In this document: positions 8,469 to 17,299 of the stretch, in pieces
Numbering within the stretch: the stretch's first letter is position 1
Layout: every line of letters starts with the position of its first letter
Source of the DNA: a virus
Lineage: Duplodnaviria; Caudoviricetes
Reading direction: 5' to 3' (one strand)
Virus record (IMG/VR): IMGVR_UViG_3300011443_000012
Location: 1 to 43,714 of that record
DNA length: 43,714 bases
Notes under the pieces: generated by a model
What the model was told of the DNA's origin: nothing
Databases searched by the model: none
The model's input: the letters and a program-made list of their open reading frames with translations, nothing else
Translations under genes and position numbers: made by a program

Positions 8469-9158
8469 ATGAGTCAGACCGCACACAAACTCGCCGTCGC
8501 CGGTGCCGTCACGCCGTATCTGATTCCGAAGCACGGGTTCTACGCGGCCAAGGATGGACGCGGCGCGACGGTGTTGCCGGACGACCTGCCGCTGCGGCGT
8601 CGGCTCGCCGGCGGGTGGCTCGAAACCTGTCTGCGCGTGCGCCTGTGTCTGAAAGGGTTCTGGCGCGGCCTGACGCAGGGGCTGGGCGTCATCGGCGTGG
8701 GCCGCCTCTACATCTCGGTGATTCGTGCGAACGGCCGCATTGAACATCTCGGCCTGGTGAGCACGCAGGTCATCACCGATGCCGGCGTGGCGTTCCTGGT
8801 GGATGACTGGGACAGCGATGCCCAGGACATCACCACGCTCCACTTTCACGGCTGCGGGACCGGCACGAACGCGGAGGCCGTCGGGGATACCGCACTGCAG
8901 ACGGAGAGCACGACCGCCCTCAACCCGGATTCCACACGCGCGACGGGCACGGAGTCCCAACCGGCCGCGAATCAGCTCCGCACGGTGGGGACGCTGACGT
9001 TCGACGCGACGGCGGCGGTGACCGAGCACGGCATTTTCTCGCAGGCCGCGACGGGCGGCGGCACGCTGTGGGACCGCAGCGTGTTCAGCGCGATCAACGT
9101 GGGGTCGGGGGATTCGATTCAGTTCACCTACACCTGCACCGTGAGTAGCGGCGGATAG
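8469..9158 (+). CDS. Virion fibre subunit resembling the tail-collar/fibre N-terminal (DUF3751-like) domain
   Basis: ITDAG...GTGT..E...DTAL..E...VTEHGIF...GTLWDR pattern. Confidence 0.6.
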   Translation: MSQTAHKLAVAGAVTPYLIPKHGFYAAKDGRGATVLPDDLPLRRRLAGGWLETCLRVRLCLKGFWRGLTQGLGVIGVGRLYISVIRANGRIEHLGLVSTQVITDAGVAFLVDDWDSDAQDITTLHFHGCGTGTNAEAVGDTALQTESTTALNPDSTRATGTESQPAANQLRTVGTLTFDATAAVTEHGIFSQAATGGGTLWDRSVFSAINVGSGDSIQFTYTCTVSSGG

Positions 9159-9168
9159 CGCGGCTGAC

Positions 9169-9612
9169 ATGGCGTGGACACCACCAGCCCGGAACCGGAC
9201 GGGGATTCAGTTCGCGGCGATCCGCGATGGCTTCGATCAGCGATTCGAAGCCGTCCATGATGCCTTGTCGGCGGCGTATTACGACTTCTGGCGACAGGGG
9301 GACGCGCAGGCGGTGACGATTGGCGATCTCCTCTTCAACGTGGTGGGCGGCACGCCGCGCATCCGTCGCATCTCGACCAACAATCTGCGGACGTTTCCCA
9401 GCGTGACCGCGAAGCAGTTCTTTGATCGGCTGCATGCGCGCATTCACCGGGAATATACCGTGCGGTTTCATCAGCGAGTACTCGATCTCCCATTGGCGGA
9501 ACGGCCTGCGGCTGAGAAGTACGACCTCACCGAACAGCAGGCGCGTGCGGATGCGGAGCAGGCGGAACTCGACGCGGACACGGCCGCCGGGTTCGATTTA
9601 GAGATCCCGTAA
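9169..9612 (+). CDS. Hypothetical protein in the fibre block
   Basis: ORF fills the gap between neighbours exactly; no motif recognised. Confidence 0.6.
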   Translation: MAWTPPARNRTGIQFAAIRDGFDQRFEAVHDALSAAYYDFWRQGDAQAVTIGDLLFNVVGGTPRIRRISTNNLRTFPSVTAKQFFDRLHARIHREYTVRFHQRVLDLPLAERPAAEKYDLTEQQARADAEQAELDADTAAGFDLEIP

Positions 9613-10581
9613 GTGGGCTGGACGCAGATCACGCCCGTGGACATCACGCCCGGATCGGGCGCGGGCGCCTGGACGGATGTCGATGTCACGGCGTATGTGC
9701 CGGCCGGGACGAAGGTCGTGGGGTTGCGACTGGTCAACACGTCGGCGTCAGCGGCGGCGATGGGGGTGCGGCCTAACGGCTCAAGCGACAACCGCACCAC
9801 GGGCCTACAGGCGACCGATCATCAGGGCTGCATCATCGGGCTCGATGGTAGCTTGATTTTCGAGGTGAACTTCGCGTCGATGACGGCGCAAGACGTGTAT
9901 CTCATCGGCTACGGCGACAGCGACTTTGTCGCCTTCACGAATGCGCCCGACAAATCGGCGGCCGGGACCGGCGTGGAAGACATTGACGTCTCGGGCGATA
10001 CGGGCGGAGACACCGCGGTCGGGATCGGGTTGGAGTTCATCGGCGGCACGTCGTCGAACTGGATGGTCCGCAAGAACGGGAGCACGGACAACCGCTCGCA
10101 GGACAACGTGCAACAGCATTGTTTTGTGGCGATCGGCGTGGACGGGTCGGAACTCGCCGAGCAGCAAGTCGGGGCGACGACGATTGATTGTTTCCTGAAC
10201 TGGTATGTGACGGCGCGGGCCACGTTCAACACGAACGCCACCGATGTGAGCACGGGCACGACGGGGAGTTACGTGGACATGACGGCGCTCGCGGCTGGAG
10301 CGGTGGCGGCGTGGTACGAATCGTTCTCCGCGTCGGGCACGACGGCGAAGGCGTACCGCGACAAGGACGACAGCGCGTGGGACATCTACCCGGCGTCACA
10401 ATCCGGGAAACACGCCTTTTACATCATCGGGCTCGACAGTGCGCGCGTGGGGCAACAGAAGATCAGCGGGACCGGCGGCGACACGTATGAGATCGGGTAC
10501 TACACGGCACCGGTGGCTGGTACGACGATGCGGCCGCCGCCGACGGTTGTGACGCAAGCGGTCACGCGGGCGGCCGCGTGA
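9613..10581 (+). CDS. Beta-rich structural protein with three ~100-aa internal repeats
   Basis: VRPNGSSDNR/VRKNGSTDNR; IIGLDGS/AIGVDGS/IIGLDSA; YLIGY/FLNWY/YEIGYY. Confidence 0.7.
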   Translation: MGWTQITPVDITPGSGAGAWTDVDVTAYVPAGTKVVGLRLVNTSASAAAMGVRPNGSSDNRTTGLQATDHQGCIIGLDGSLIFEVNFASMTAQDVYLIGYGDSDFVAFTNAPDKSAAGTGVEDIDVSGDTGGDTAVGIGLEFIGGTSSNWMVRKNGSTDNRSQDNVQQHCFVAIGVDGSELAEQQVGATTIDCFLNWYVTARATFNTNATDVSTGTTGSYVDMTALAAGAVAAWYESFSASGTTAKAYRDKDDSAWDIYPASQSGKHAFYIIGLDSARVGQQKISGTGGDTYEIGYYTAPVAGTTMRPPPTVVTQAVTRAAA

Positions 10582-10595
10582 GGAGAGGCAGATAG

Positions 10596-11057
10596 ATGGC
10601 TGCGCGCTACACCGCAGAAACCACCGGCGACATCGCGCTGAGCGCGGCGACCGCGAAGACGATCCTGAACGTCATCGCGGGGAGCAACGCACTCGTGCGG
10701 CTGATTGAGTTGGGCGTGTCGTTCGATGGCGTGACCGCCAGCGCCGAGCCCGTGACAGTCGAGCTGTGTTCCTCGACACAGGCCGGCGCCGGCACCTCGA
10801 CGAGTCACACCATCGTGCAGAGCGGCGGTCCCACGCGGACCGTGCAAGCGACCGCCCAACGCAATTACTCAGCCGAACCGACGACGCTGACGGTCCTGAA
10901 GCGCTGGCTCGTGCCGGCTTTTATGGGGTCGCTGGTCCTGCAGTTCCCGCTCGGGCGCGAGCCTGAGCAGGTGACGACGGCAGATGGGCTGTGTCTGCGC
11001 TGCACGGCGCCGGCCACCGTGAACGTCCAGGGCTATATGGAGTTCGAAGAAGGCTAA
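10596..11057 (+). CDS. Small beta-rich structural protein
   Basis: RBS GAGGAGAGG; Thr/Ala-rich beta-sandwich-like sequence. Confidence 0.7.
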   Translation: MAARYTAETTGDIALSAATAKTILNVIAGSNALVRLIELGVSFDGVTASAEPVTVELCSSTQAGAGTSTSHTIVQSGGPTRTVQATAQRNYSAEPTTLTVLKRWLVPAFMGSLVLQFPLGREPEQVTTADGLCLRCTAPATVNVQGYMEFEEG

Positions 11058-12583
11058 TGGCGCAACACGGACGCAGTTTCGTCTATCGGGCTCTGGCGAC
11101 GGTGGTGCGTGTTGCCAGCGTGCTGTTCGTGTCGACGCTCGACGGGACCCTGAGCACCGCCGGTGCGCTGCTCACGCTGGCGCAGAAGGTCCTCGCGGGC
11201 ACCGTCACGACAGCCGGCGCGGTGCTGACGCAGACCGCGACGCACCTCACCGGGACGCTGACGAGCAGTAGTGCGCTCGTGAAGCAGACGGCGACCGCGT
11301 TCACGGCCACCCTCCCCACGGCCGGGGCGCTCGTGCGCCAGGCGCAGAAGGTCCTCGCCGGCACGGTCAGCGCGACGGGTGCGCTGGTCGGGCAGGCCCT
11401 CAAGGTCCTGGCCAGCACGCTGACCACGGCCGGCGCCGTCCTGAAACACACCAGCACGTTCCTGACGGGGACGCTGACGACCGCCGGCGCGTTGGTGGCG
11501 GTCCGGATCGTGTTGCAGTCCGTGACGGGGACGCTGACGAGTGCCGGCGCCCTGCTCATCCAAACCCAGAAGACGCTGACGGGGACGCTGACGACCAGCG
11601 GCGCCCTTCTAAAACTCACGAGCACGTTCCTCGCCGGTACGCTGACGACGGCTGGCGCGCTGGCGGCGATCAAGATTGCCCTCCAATCCGTCGCGGGCAC
11701 GCTGACCACCGCCGCCGTCTTGACCACGCAGACGGCAAAGCTGCTGACGGGGACGCTGACCACGGCCGGGGCCCTCGTTCGTGAGACGCGGCGCGCCTTT
11801 ACTGGCGCCCTCACGACCAGTGCCACGCTGCTGAAGCAGACGAGCACGTTCCTGACCGCGACCCTCACGACCGCGGGCGTCTTGGCGGCCGTCAGGCTGG
11901 TGGTCGCGTCGGTGAGCGGCACCCTCACGACGGCGGGCGCGCTGCTCATCCAGGCGCAGACGCTCCTGACGGGCACGCTCACGAGCGCCGGCACACTCGT
12001 GCGCCAAGCGCAGAAGGCGCTGAGCGGCACGCTGACCACGGCCGGCGTCCTCGCCTCGGTCAAGATCGCGCTGTTCTCTGTCGCCGGCACGCTGACGACG
12101 GCGGGCGCGTTGCTGACGCACACCAGCACACTCCTGACAGGCGCGCTCACCACGGCAGGCGCCCTGGTCAAGGAACCGCGGCGCGCCCTCACGGCCACCC
12201 TGACCGCCGCCGGGGCCATCGTCGCGCTGGGGCAGAAAGCGCTGACCGGCACGCTGACGAGCGCGGGCACGCTCGCGCGCGCGGTGTCGTTCGCGCTTCT
12301 GGCGACGCTGACGCCCACGGGCACGCTCGCGAAGGCGACGACCCACAGCGTCGCCGCATCCCTCGTGATGGCTGGCGTGCTCACCGCCGTCATCCCGGGT
12401 GCGAGCCTGGGCGCGATCGAGCACACCGAGGCGGTGGCCGCCCTGGCGACCCGCACGGTCGATGCAGCGGTACGCCTCCGGGACACGACGATCACGCTGC
12501 CGGCGCGCACGGTGTCCGCCTCCGTGCGCCGGCGCGAGACGGTGCCGAGCCTGCCAGTCCGCACCACGGAGCAGCTCCCATGA
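11057..12583 (+). CDS. Thr/Ala/Leu-rich tandem-repeat protein (~23 repeats of 18-20 aa, consensus GTLTTAGAL-x9)
   Basis: TAATG overlap gives ATG 11057; the repeats are read directly from the translation. Confidence 0.8.
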   Translation: MAQHGRSFVYRALATVVRVASVLFVSTLDGTLSTAGALLTLAQKVLAGTVTTAGAVLTQTATHLTGTLTSSSALVKQTATAFTATLPTAGALVRQAQKVLAGTVSATGALVGQALKVLASTLTTAGAVLKHTSTFLTGTLTTAGALVAVRIVLQSVTGTLTSAGALLIQTQKTLTGTLTTSGALLKLTSTFLAGTLTTAGALAAIKIALQSVAGTLTTAAVLTTQTAKLLTGTLTTAGALVRETRRAFTGALTTSATLLKQTSTFLTATLTTAGVLAAVRLVVASVSGTLTTAGALLIQAQTLLTGTLTSAGTLVRQAQKALSGTLTTAGVLASVKIALFSVAGTLTTAGALLTHTSTLLTGALTTAGALVKEPRRALTATLTAAGAIVALGQKALTGTLTSAGTLARAVSFALLATLTPTGTLAKATTHSVAASLVMAGVLTAVIPGASLGAIEHTEAVAALATRTVDAAVRLRDTTITLPARTVSASVRRRETVPSLPVRTTEQLP

Positions 12584-12897
12584 GCGCGCCCCTCAACCTG
12601 ATCGAAGGCTGGACGGGCGATTTGGACTTCACGCTGAAGGCCGACGGCAGTGCCATCAACGGGACGGGCACCACGCCGACGCTCGTCCTGCGCGATCGGA
12701 ACGGCGGGACGGTGGATATGACGGGCAAAGTGGCCTGGATCTCGGCGGCGGCGGGCACGGTGCGCTATTCCCCGGCCGCGACCGATCTGAAAGCCCAGCT
12801 CTCGCCGTACGAAGCTCGATTCAAAGTGACCGATGCGAGTAGCAAGGACGTGTTCTTTCCCAACGGGGCCGCGGATGTCTGGACGGTGAGGACGTAA
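12580..12897 (+). CDS. BppU N-terminal-like adaptor domain protein
   Basis: LDFTLKADGSAIN.TG...GTVRY....TDL....YEARFKVT...FFPN resembles the BppU_N pattern. Confidence 0.65.
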   Translation: MSAPLNLIEGWTGDLDFTLKADGSAINGTGTTPTLVLRDRNGGTVDMTGKVAWISAAAGTVRYSPAATDLKAQLSPYEARFKVTDASSKDVFFPNGAADVWTVRT

Positions 12898-14537
12898 TGG
12901 CGCGCGCGACGACGACCTCGAAGACGCCGGCGGCCCCCAAAGCGCACCCGCTGTACGCGGACTTCCAACCCGAATGGGTGAAGCTCGCCCACGTGCGCGA
13001 GGGCACGGGCGGGTTCATGGACGGCACCTACCTCATCGCGCATCCGCGCGAATGGGAAGACCACGAATCGCCGACGCCGCGCGTCCCCACGAAGAAGCTC
13101 AAGGCCCGCCGCGCGCTCGCCTGTTACGAGAACATCGCCGCCACGATTATCGAGGCGAAGAAGTCGGCGCTCTTCCGCGAGACCGTGACGCGTCGCGTGG
13201 GGGATGCGCCCGACACGCCGATCGCGCCGGCCGTCCCACCGCCGAAAGATCCGACCAAGCCGAAGGCGGCCGGCGGCGCTGCTGAGGACGAGCCGCCGGA
13301 ACCAACACCCGCGCCGGCGCCGGTCCCGACGAAAAAGCCGAAGACACCGGTCGAGCTGTGGTGGGAGAACGTTGACGGACGCAAGACGGGCATCGACGAC
13401 TACATCAAAGCGGCCTGGGATCCCGGCGCGACCTTCGGCTACATGGTGATCTACATGGACCGTCCGAAAGGGCCAGAGCCGCAGACGGCCGCCGATCAGC
13501 AGATGCCGATCCTCCGCGCGTACACGCCGATCGACCTGGTCGACTGGGCGGTCGACGACAACGGCGAGCTGATGGAGGTCAAGCTGCTCGAGGCGGCGCC
13601 GCGCACGCTGAACGACCCGGCGTCGCAGCAGCTGAACTATCGCGTGCGCTATATCACCCGTGAGACGTGGCAGCTGCAGGACAAGGACGGCACGGCGCTC
13701 GAGCAGGGCGATCACCAGATGGGCACGCTGCCCGTCGTGCTGCTCTACACGCAGCGGCGGCCGCTGACGCCCATCATCGGCCAGTCCGTTCTCGGCCAGG
13801 CGCAGCTCTACATCGACGTGTACAACCTGCGGAGTGAGACGCGCGAACTCCTGCGGAATCAGGTGTTCAGCATTCTCAACGTCCCGCTGGGCAGCGGGCC
13901 CGACGCGATGAGCGTCGAGGACGCGAAGAAGCTGATGGGCACGAAGATCGGTACCGACAACGTGCTGTTCTCCGGCCTGGCGGCGAGCTTCATCACGGCC
14001 GCGGCTGAAAACGTGGAGGTCTACCAGAAAGAAATCGCCGACCGTCTCCGCACGATCTATCGGTGTGCGGGCGTCCCGTGGGAAGCGGACAGCCGCGATG
14101 CCGAAGCCGAAGGGTCCCATAAGCTCAAGCGCGAGGAGCTGAATCAGCGCTTGTCGTCCTACGCCGACGAAATCGAAAAGGCGGAATACAAGCTGGTCGA
14201 GCTCTTCTATCGCGCGATGCACGGTGCCGACGCGTACGAGAAGGCGCTCGAGAAGGACCAGGTCGTCATCCGCTACCCCGATACGTTCGACATCACGCCG
14301 TTTGCGGAAGTCCTCGAGCAGGCGCAGGCCGCCATCTCGCTCGGCATGCCGGCGCTCTTCCTGAAGGAGCTGCGCAAGCGGCTCGTGTCGAAGTTCATGC
14401 CGGATCTGCCGCCGGCGACCGAAGCCGCGATCACCGCGGCCATCGACGGCGCGCCCGATGACCTCACGCCGGCGGAACGGATGAAGGAGCGCATCAAGGC
14501 CACGAGCCAGGCGCTGAAGGAGGAAACCGCCGCATGA
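12897..14537 (+). CDS. Portal protein
   Basis: 546 aa; YLIAHPRE, YENI, WWENVDG...IDDY, AEAEGSHKLKREELN resemble SPP1-type portals; precedes the head genes. Confidence 0.85.
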   Translation: MARATTTSKTPAAPKAHPLYADFQPEWVKLAHVREGTGGFMDGTYLIAHPREWEDHESPTPRVPTKKLKARRALACYENIAATIIEAKKSALFRETVTRRVGDAPDTPIAPAVPPPKDPTKPKAAGGAAEDEPPEPTPAPAPVPTKKPKTPVELWWENVDGRKTGIDDYIKAAWDPGATFGYMVIYMDRPKGPEPQTAADQQMPILRAYTPIDLVDWAVDDNGELMEVKLLEAAPRTLNDPASQQLNYRVRYITRETWQLQDKDGTALEQGDHQMGTLPVVLLYTQRRPLTPIIGQSVLGQAQLYIDVYNLRSETRELLRNQVFSILNVPLGSGPDAMSVEDAKKLMGTKIGTDNVLFSGLAASFITAAAENVEVYQKEIADRLRTIYRCAGVPWEADSRDAEAEGSHKLKREELNQRLSSYADEIEKAEYKLVELFYRAMHGADAYEKALEKDQVVIRYPDTFDITPFAEVLEQAQAAISLGMPALFLKELRKRLVSKFMPDLPPATEAAITAAIDGAPDDLTPAERMKERIKATSQALKEETAA

Positions 14538-15388
14538 GTCGGCCGACCCTCCGCCTGGTGAAAGGCGCCCGCAAGGTCGCGACGACGGTCGACCAGGCCG
14601 CGCGGACGTTCGAGCGCGAGCTCGCGCGCGTGTACCGCGAGCTCAGTCGACGCCTGGCCACGACGATCGAACAGGCCGCCGCGGGGTCGCGGACGGCCAT
14701 TGTGCAGGCCAGCCAGGCGGCACAGCTCCGGCGGGACCTAGCACGCGCCATGAGCGAGGCCGGCTATCGCCAGCTCGCCGATGTGGCCACGGGCGATCCG
14801 CTCGATCGCGTGGTCCGCGACGTCCTGGCGACGCGTCGGCTCGCCGGCGCCAGTGCGCAACTCTCCACAGGCGCCCGTGTCCGTCTCGAGGCGCTGCGGG
14901 GCCTCCAGTTGGAAGACTTGCTCGACGAAGGCGCCGAGGCCGCGCGTGCGTTGTGGCAGGCGACGACGCGCGGCATCTTCGGTAGCCGGCCGGTCGATCG
15001 GATTCTTGACGACCTCGAGGACGTGCTCGACGGCTCCGCGGCTGAGATTCGCACGCTCTACGACACGTCGGTCTCGATCTACGGGCGCCAGGTGGAAGCG
15101 CTGCAGGCCGGGGACGACGCCGACACAACCTTCGCCTACCTCGGGCCCGCGGACGAGGTCACGCGACCGTTCTGCCGGAAGCACGTCGGCCGCGTCTACA
15201 CGCGCGCGCAAATCGATCGGCTCGACAACGGGCAGCTCGACAACGTGTTCCTGACGGGCGGCGGGTACAACTGCCGACACACCTGGATTGAGATCGCGAA
15301 GTCGAGCGAGCTGCAGGACCTGGTCGGCACGAAGGACCGCATCCCCGAAGTGGCCGAGCAGCTCGACGAGCTCGAGGAGGCCGCCTGA
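14534..15388 (+). CDS. Minor head protein (Mu gpF / SPP1 gp7-like)
   Basis: YLGPADEVTRPFC...GGYNCRH C-terminal motif; follows the portal. Confidence 0.8.
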   Translation: MSRPTLRLVKGARKVATTVDQAARTFERELARVYRELSRRLATTIEQAAAGSRTAIVQASQAAQLRRDLARAMSEAGYRQLADVATGDPLDRVVRDVLATRRLAGASAQLSTGARVRLEALRGLQLEDLLDEGAEAARALWQATTRGIFGSRPVDRILDDLEDVLDGSAAEIRTLYDTSVSIYGRQVEALQAGDDADTTFAYLGPADEVTRPFCRKHVGRVYTRAQIDRLDNGQLDNVFLTGGGYNCRHTWIEIAKSSELQDLVGTKDRIPEVAEQLDELEEAA

Positions 15389-16008
15389 TGGAGCGGCTCC
15401 CATGGACGTACGAGCAGGGCGACCCGGCGATCGCGCTCTTCACGAAGGCGTACGAGCGCTGGCCGATGCCGTTCCTGCCTGGGCAACGCATCATCGAACT
15501 CGGCTGCGCCGAGACCGACTGGCTCGAGCGGATGCACGCGCTCGACCCGACACTCGACCTACACGGTGTGGATGCCCGGCGCGATCGCGACCCGCATGGC
15601 TGGAGTCAGTACCACGCGAGCGCGATCGACGCGCAGCTCTTCCGTGAGGGCACATTCGACTGGGTGGTGATGCTGGGCGCCCTCGAACACTTCGGCCTCG
15701 GCTACTACGGCGACCCGGTCGACGACGCCGGCGACGTGAAAACAATGCAGAACGTCGTGCGCTGGCTGAAGCCCGGCGGGCACGTGTACTTCGATGTGCC
15801 GTTCAACCCGACGTATCGCGTGACCGAGAACCGGCACTTCCGCATCTACAACACCGACGCCCTGGCGCTGCGGCTGATTGTGCCAGGGCTGATGGTGCGC
15901 GAGCACGCATTCTCGCTGCCCGAACCGGATGCCGGCACATGGATCCCCGAACCGACCGAGGACCGCGAGCCGTATCACTTCGTCGCGGTCTGGGCAGAGC
16001 GGTTATGA
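15388..16008 (+). CDS. Class I SAM-dependent methyltransferase (DUF268-like)
   Basis: IIELGCAE motif I, FDWVV, LEHFGLGYYGDP (DUF268-like signature), LKPGG. Confidence 0.85.
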   Translation: MERLPWTYEQGDPAIALFTKAYERWPMPFLPGQRIIELGCAETDWLERMHALDPTLDLHGVDARRDRDPHGWSQYHASAIDAQLFREGTFDWVVMLGALEHFGLGYYGDPVDDAGDVKTMQNVVRWLKPGGHVYFDVPFNPTYRVTENRHFRIYNTDALALRLIVPGLMVREHAFSLPEPDAGTWIPEPTEDREPYHFVAVWAERL

Positions 16009-16301
16009 GCGTCAAGGTCAACAAGAACTTTGGGCGGCTGGAGGACATTCCGCTGTCAAACCGCGAGCTCATCCGCGAGCTGCTGTTGCTCGCGCGCGAG
16101 CGCGTGATTCGCCGCACGCTGGCCGGGCAGTCGTCCGAGGGCGTGGCGTTTGTTCCCTACTCGCCCGGGTACCTGAAGGCGAAGCGGAAGGCGCTGGGGA
16201 CGTCGGGGCGGCCGAACCTGCAGGCCTCGGGCCGGATGCTGAACGAGATCACCATCGTCGAGCTCACCGACACGCGCGGGACGCTCGGGTTCAGCAGCTG
16301 A
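16005..16301 (+). CDS. Virion morphogenesis (Mu gpG / tail_S-like) protein, N-terminal half
   Basis: RRT..G...G..F.PYS..Y...K......PNL..SGRML..I pattern. Confidence 0.65.
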   Translation: MSVKVNKNFGRLEDIPLSNRELIRELLLLARERVIRRTLAGQSSEGVAFVPYSPGYLKAKRKALGTSGRPNLQASGRMLNEITIVELTDTRGTLGFSS

Positions 16302-16501
16302 TGGCGAAGAAGCGGCGGACCACGTTCAATCAACGCAGCCGGGCGAAGAGCTCGGCGGAAAAGGCGGCGTATCACGATGTCAGCGGGGCCGGCCGGAGTA
16401 AGGTGCGGCGGCCGTTTTTCAGTTTGACCGAGTCGGATGAAGAGGTACTGAGCGAGCGGTATCGCCAGTTCCTCGATCGCACGACGCAGTCCTCGCGCTG
16501 A
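16301..16501 (+). CDS. Virion morphogenesis protein, C-terminal half
   Basis: KAAYHD..G.....RPFFSLT..D resembles the usual C-terminal motif; TGATG coupling. Confidence 0.6.
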   Translation: MAKKRRTTFNQRSRAKSSAEKAAYHDVSGAGRSKVRRPFFSLTESDEEVLSERYRQFLDRTTQSSR

Positions 16502-16523
16502 GGACGTTGGAGGGATAGGAGCC

Positions 16524-17297
16524 ATGGAGAAGAAAACCTTCGAACTGCCCACGGACGAGAAGGGCGCCGTGTTCATTCCGGACGAGCTGTTGCCGAACTT
16601 TCAACCGGCGATCGATCGGCTGACGGCGAAGCGCATCAACGATGTGCGCACCGAAGCCCAGAAGGAAATCGATGCGCTGAAGAAGAGCGCGGCGAACCCG
16701 GCCGACCTCGAGCGCCTGCGACAGCTCGAGGAGAAGGAAAAGGCGCGCGCGATCGAGGACGAGGAGAAGGCGAAAAACTACAAGGAAGCCCTGGCGCTGA
16801 AAGACAAGGACATCACCGAGAAGCTCGGCGCCAAGGACCAAGAGATCAAGCGCCACCGTGACGCGCTGCAGTCCGGCCTGCGGGCCGAGATTCGCGCGGC
16901 CGCGGCCAAAAGTGGTGCCCGCGATGAATCCATCGCGGAGCTCGAACAGTTGCTCATCGGGCGATTGGACCTCGACAAGGACTTCGCAGTGATCGTGAAA
17001 GGCGCCGACGGGCAGCCCGCTGTCGACGCGGAGAAGAAGCCCTTAACGGTCGAGGGAATGGTCAGCACGTACCTGGACGCGAATCCGCATCATCGCAAAG
17101 CGGCCGGCGGGACCGGCGGCGGCGCACGGGGCGGCGCGTCTCTCCACACCAATCTGCCGCCGGCAGCCAGGGCGGCTTACGACAAGGTCGTCGCCGCGCA
17201 AAAGCGCCTCGACGATGGCGATCGCTCCGATCAGGCCATCACCGACCTCTTCGAAGCCAACCGGGAGCTGACGCGGGCGAAAGCGGGAGTCAAATAG
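16524..17297 (+). CDS. Capsid scaffolding protein
   Basis: Charged coiled coil, YLDANPH plus Gly-rich linker; directly before the major capsid gene. Confidence 0.8.
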   Translation: MEKKTFELPTDEKGAVFIPDELLPNFQPAIDRLTAKRINDVRTEAQKEIDALKKSAANPADLERLRQLEEKEKARAIEDEEKAKNYKEALALKDKDITEKLGAKDQEIKRHRDALQSGLRAEIRAAAAKSGARDESIAELEQLLIGRLDLDKDFAVIVKGADGQPAVDAEKKPLTVEGMVSTYLDANPHHRKAAGGTGGGARGGASLHTNLPPAARAAYDKVVAAQKRLDDGDRSDQAITDLFEANRELTRAKAGVK

Positions 17298-17299
17298 CC

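Noticed and set aside
15388-16008. DNA methyltransferase (anti-restriction)
   Set aside because: No DPPY/NPPY or PC catalytic motif; the signature is DUF268-like and the context is structural.
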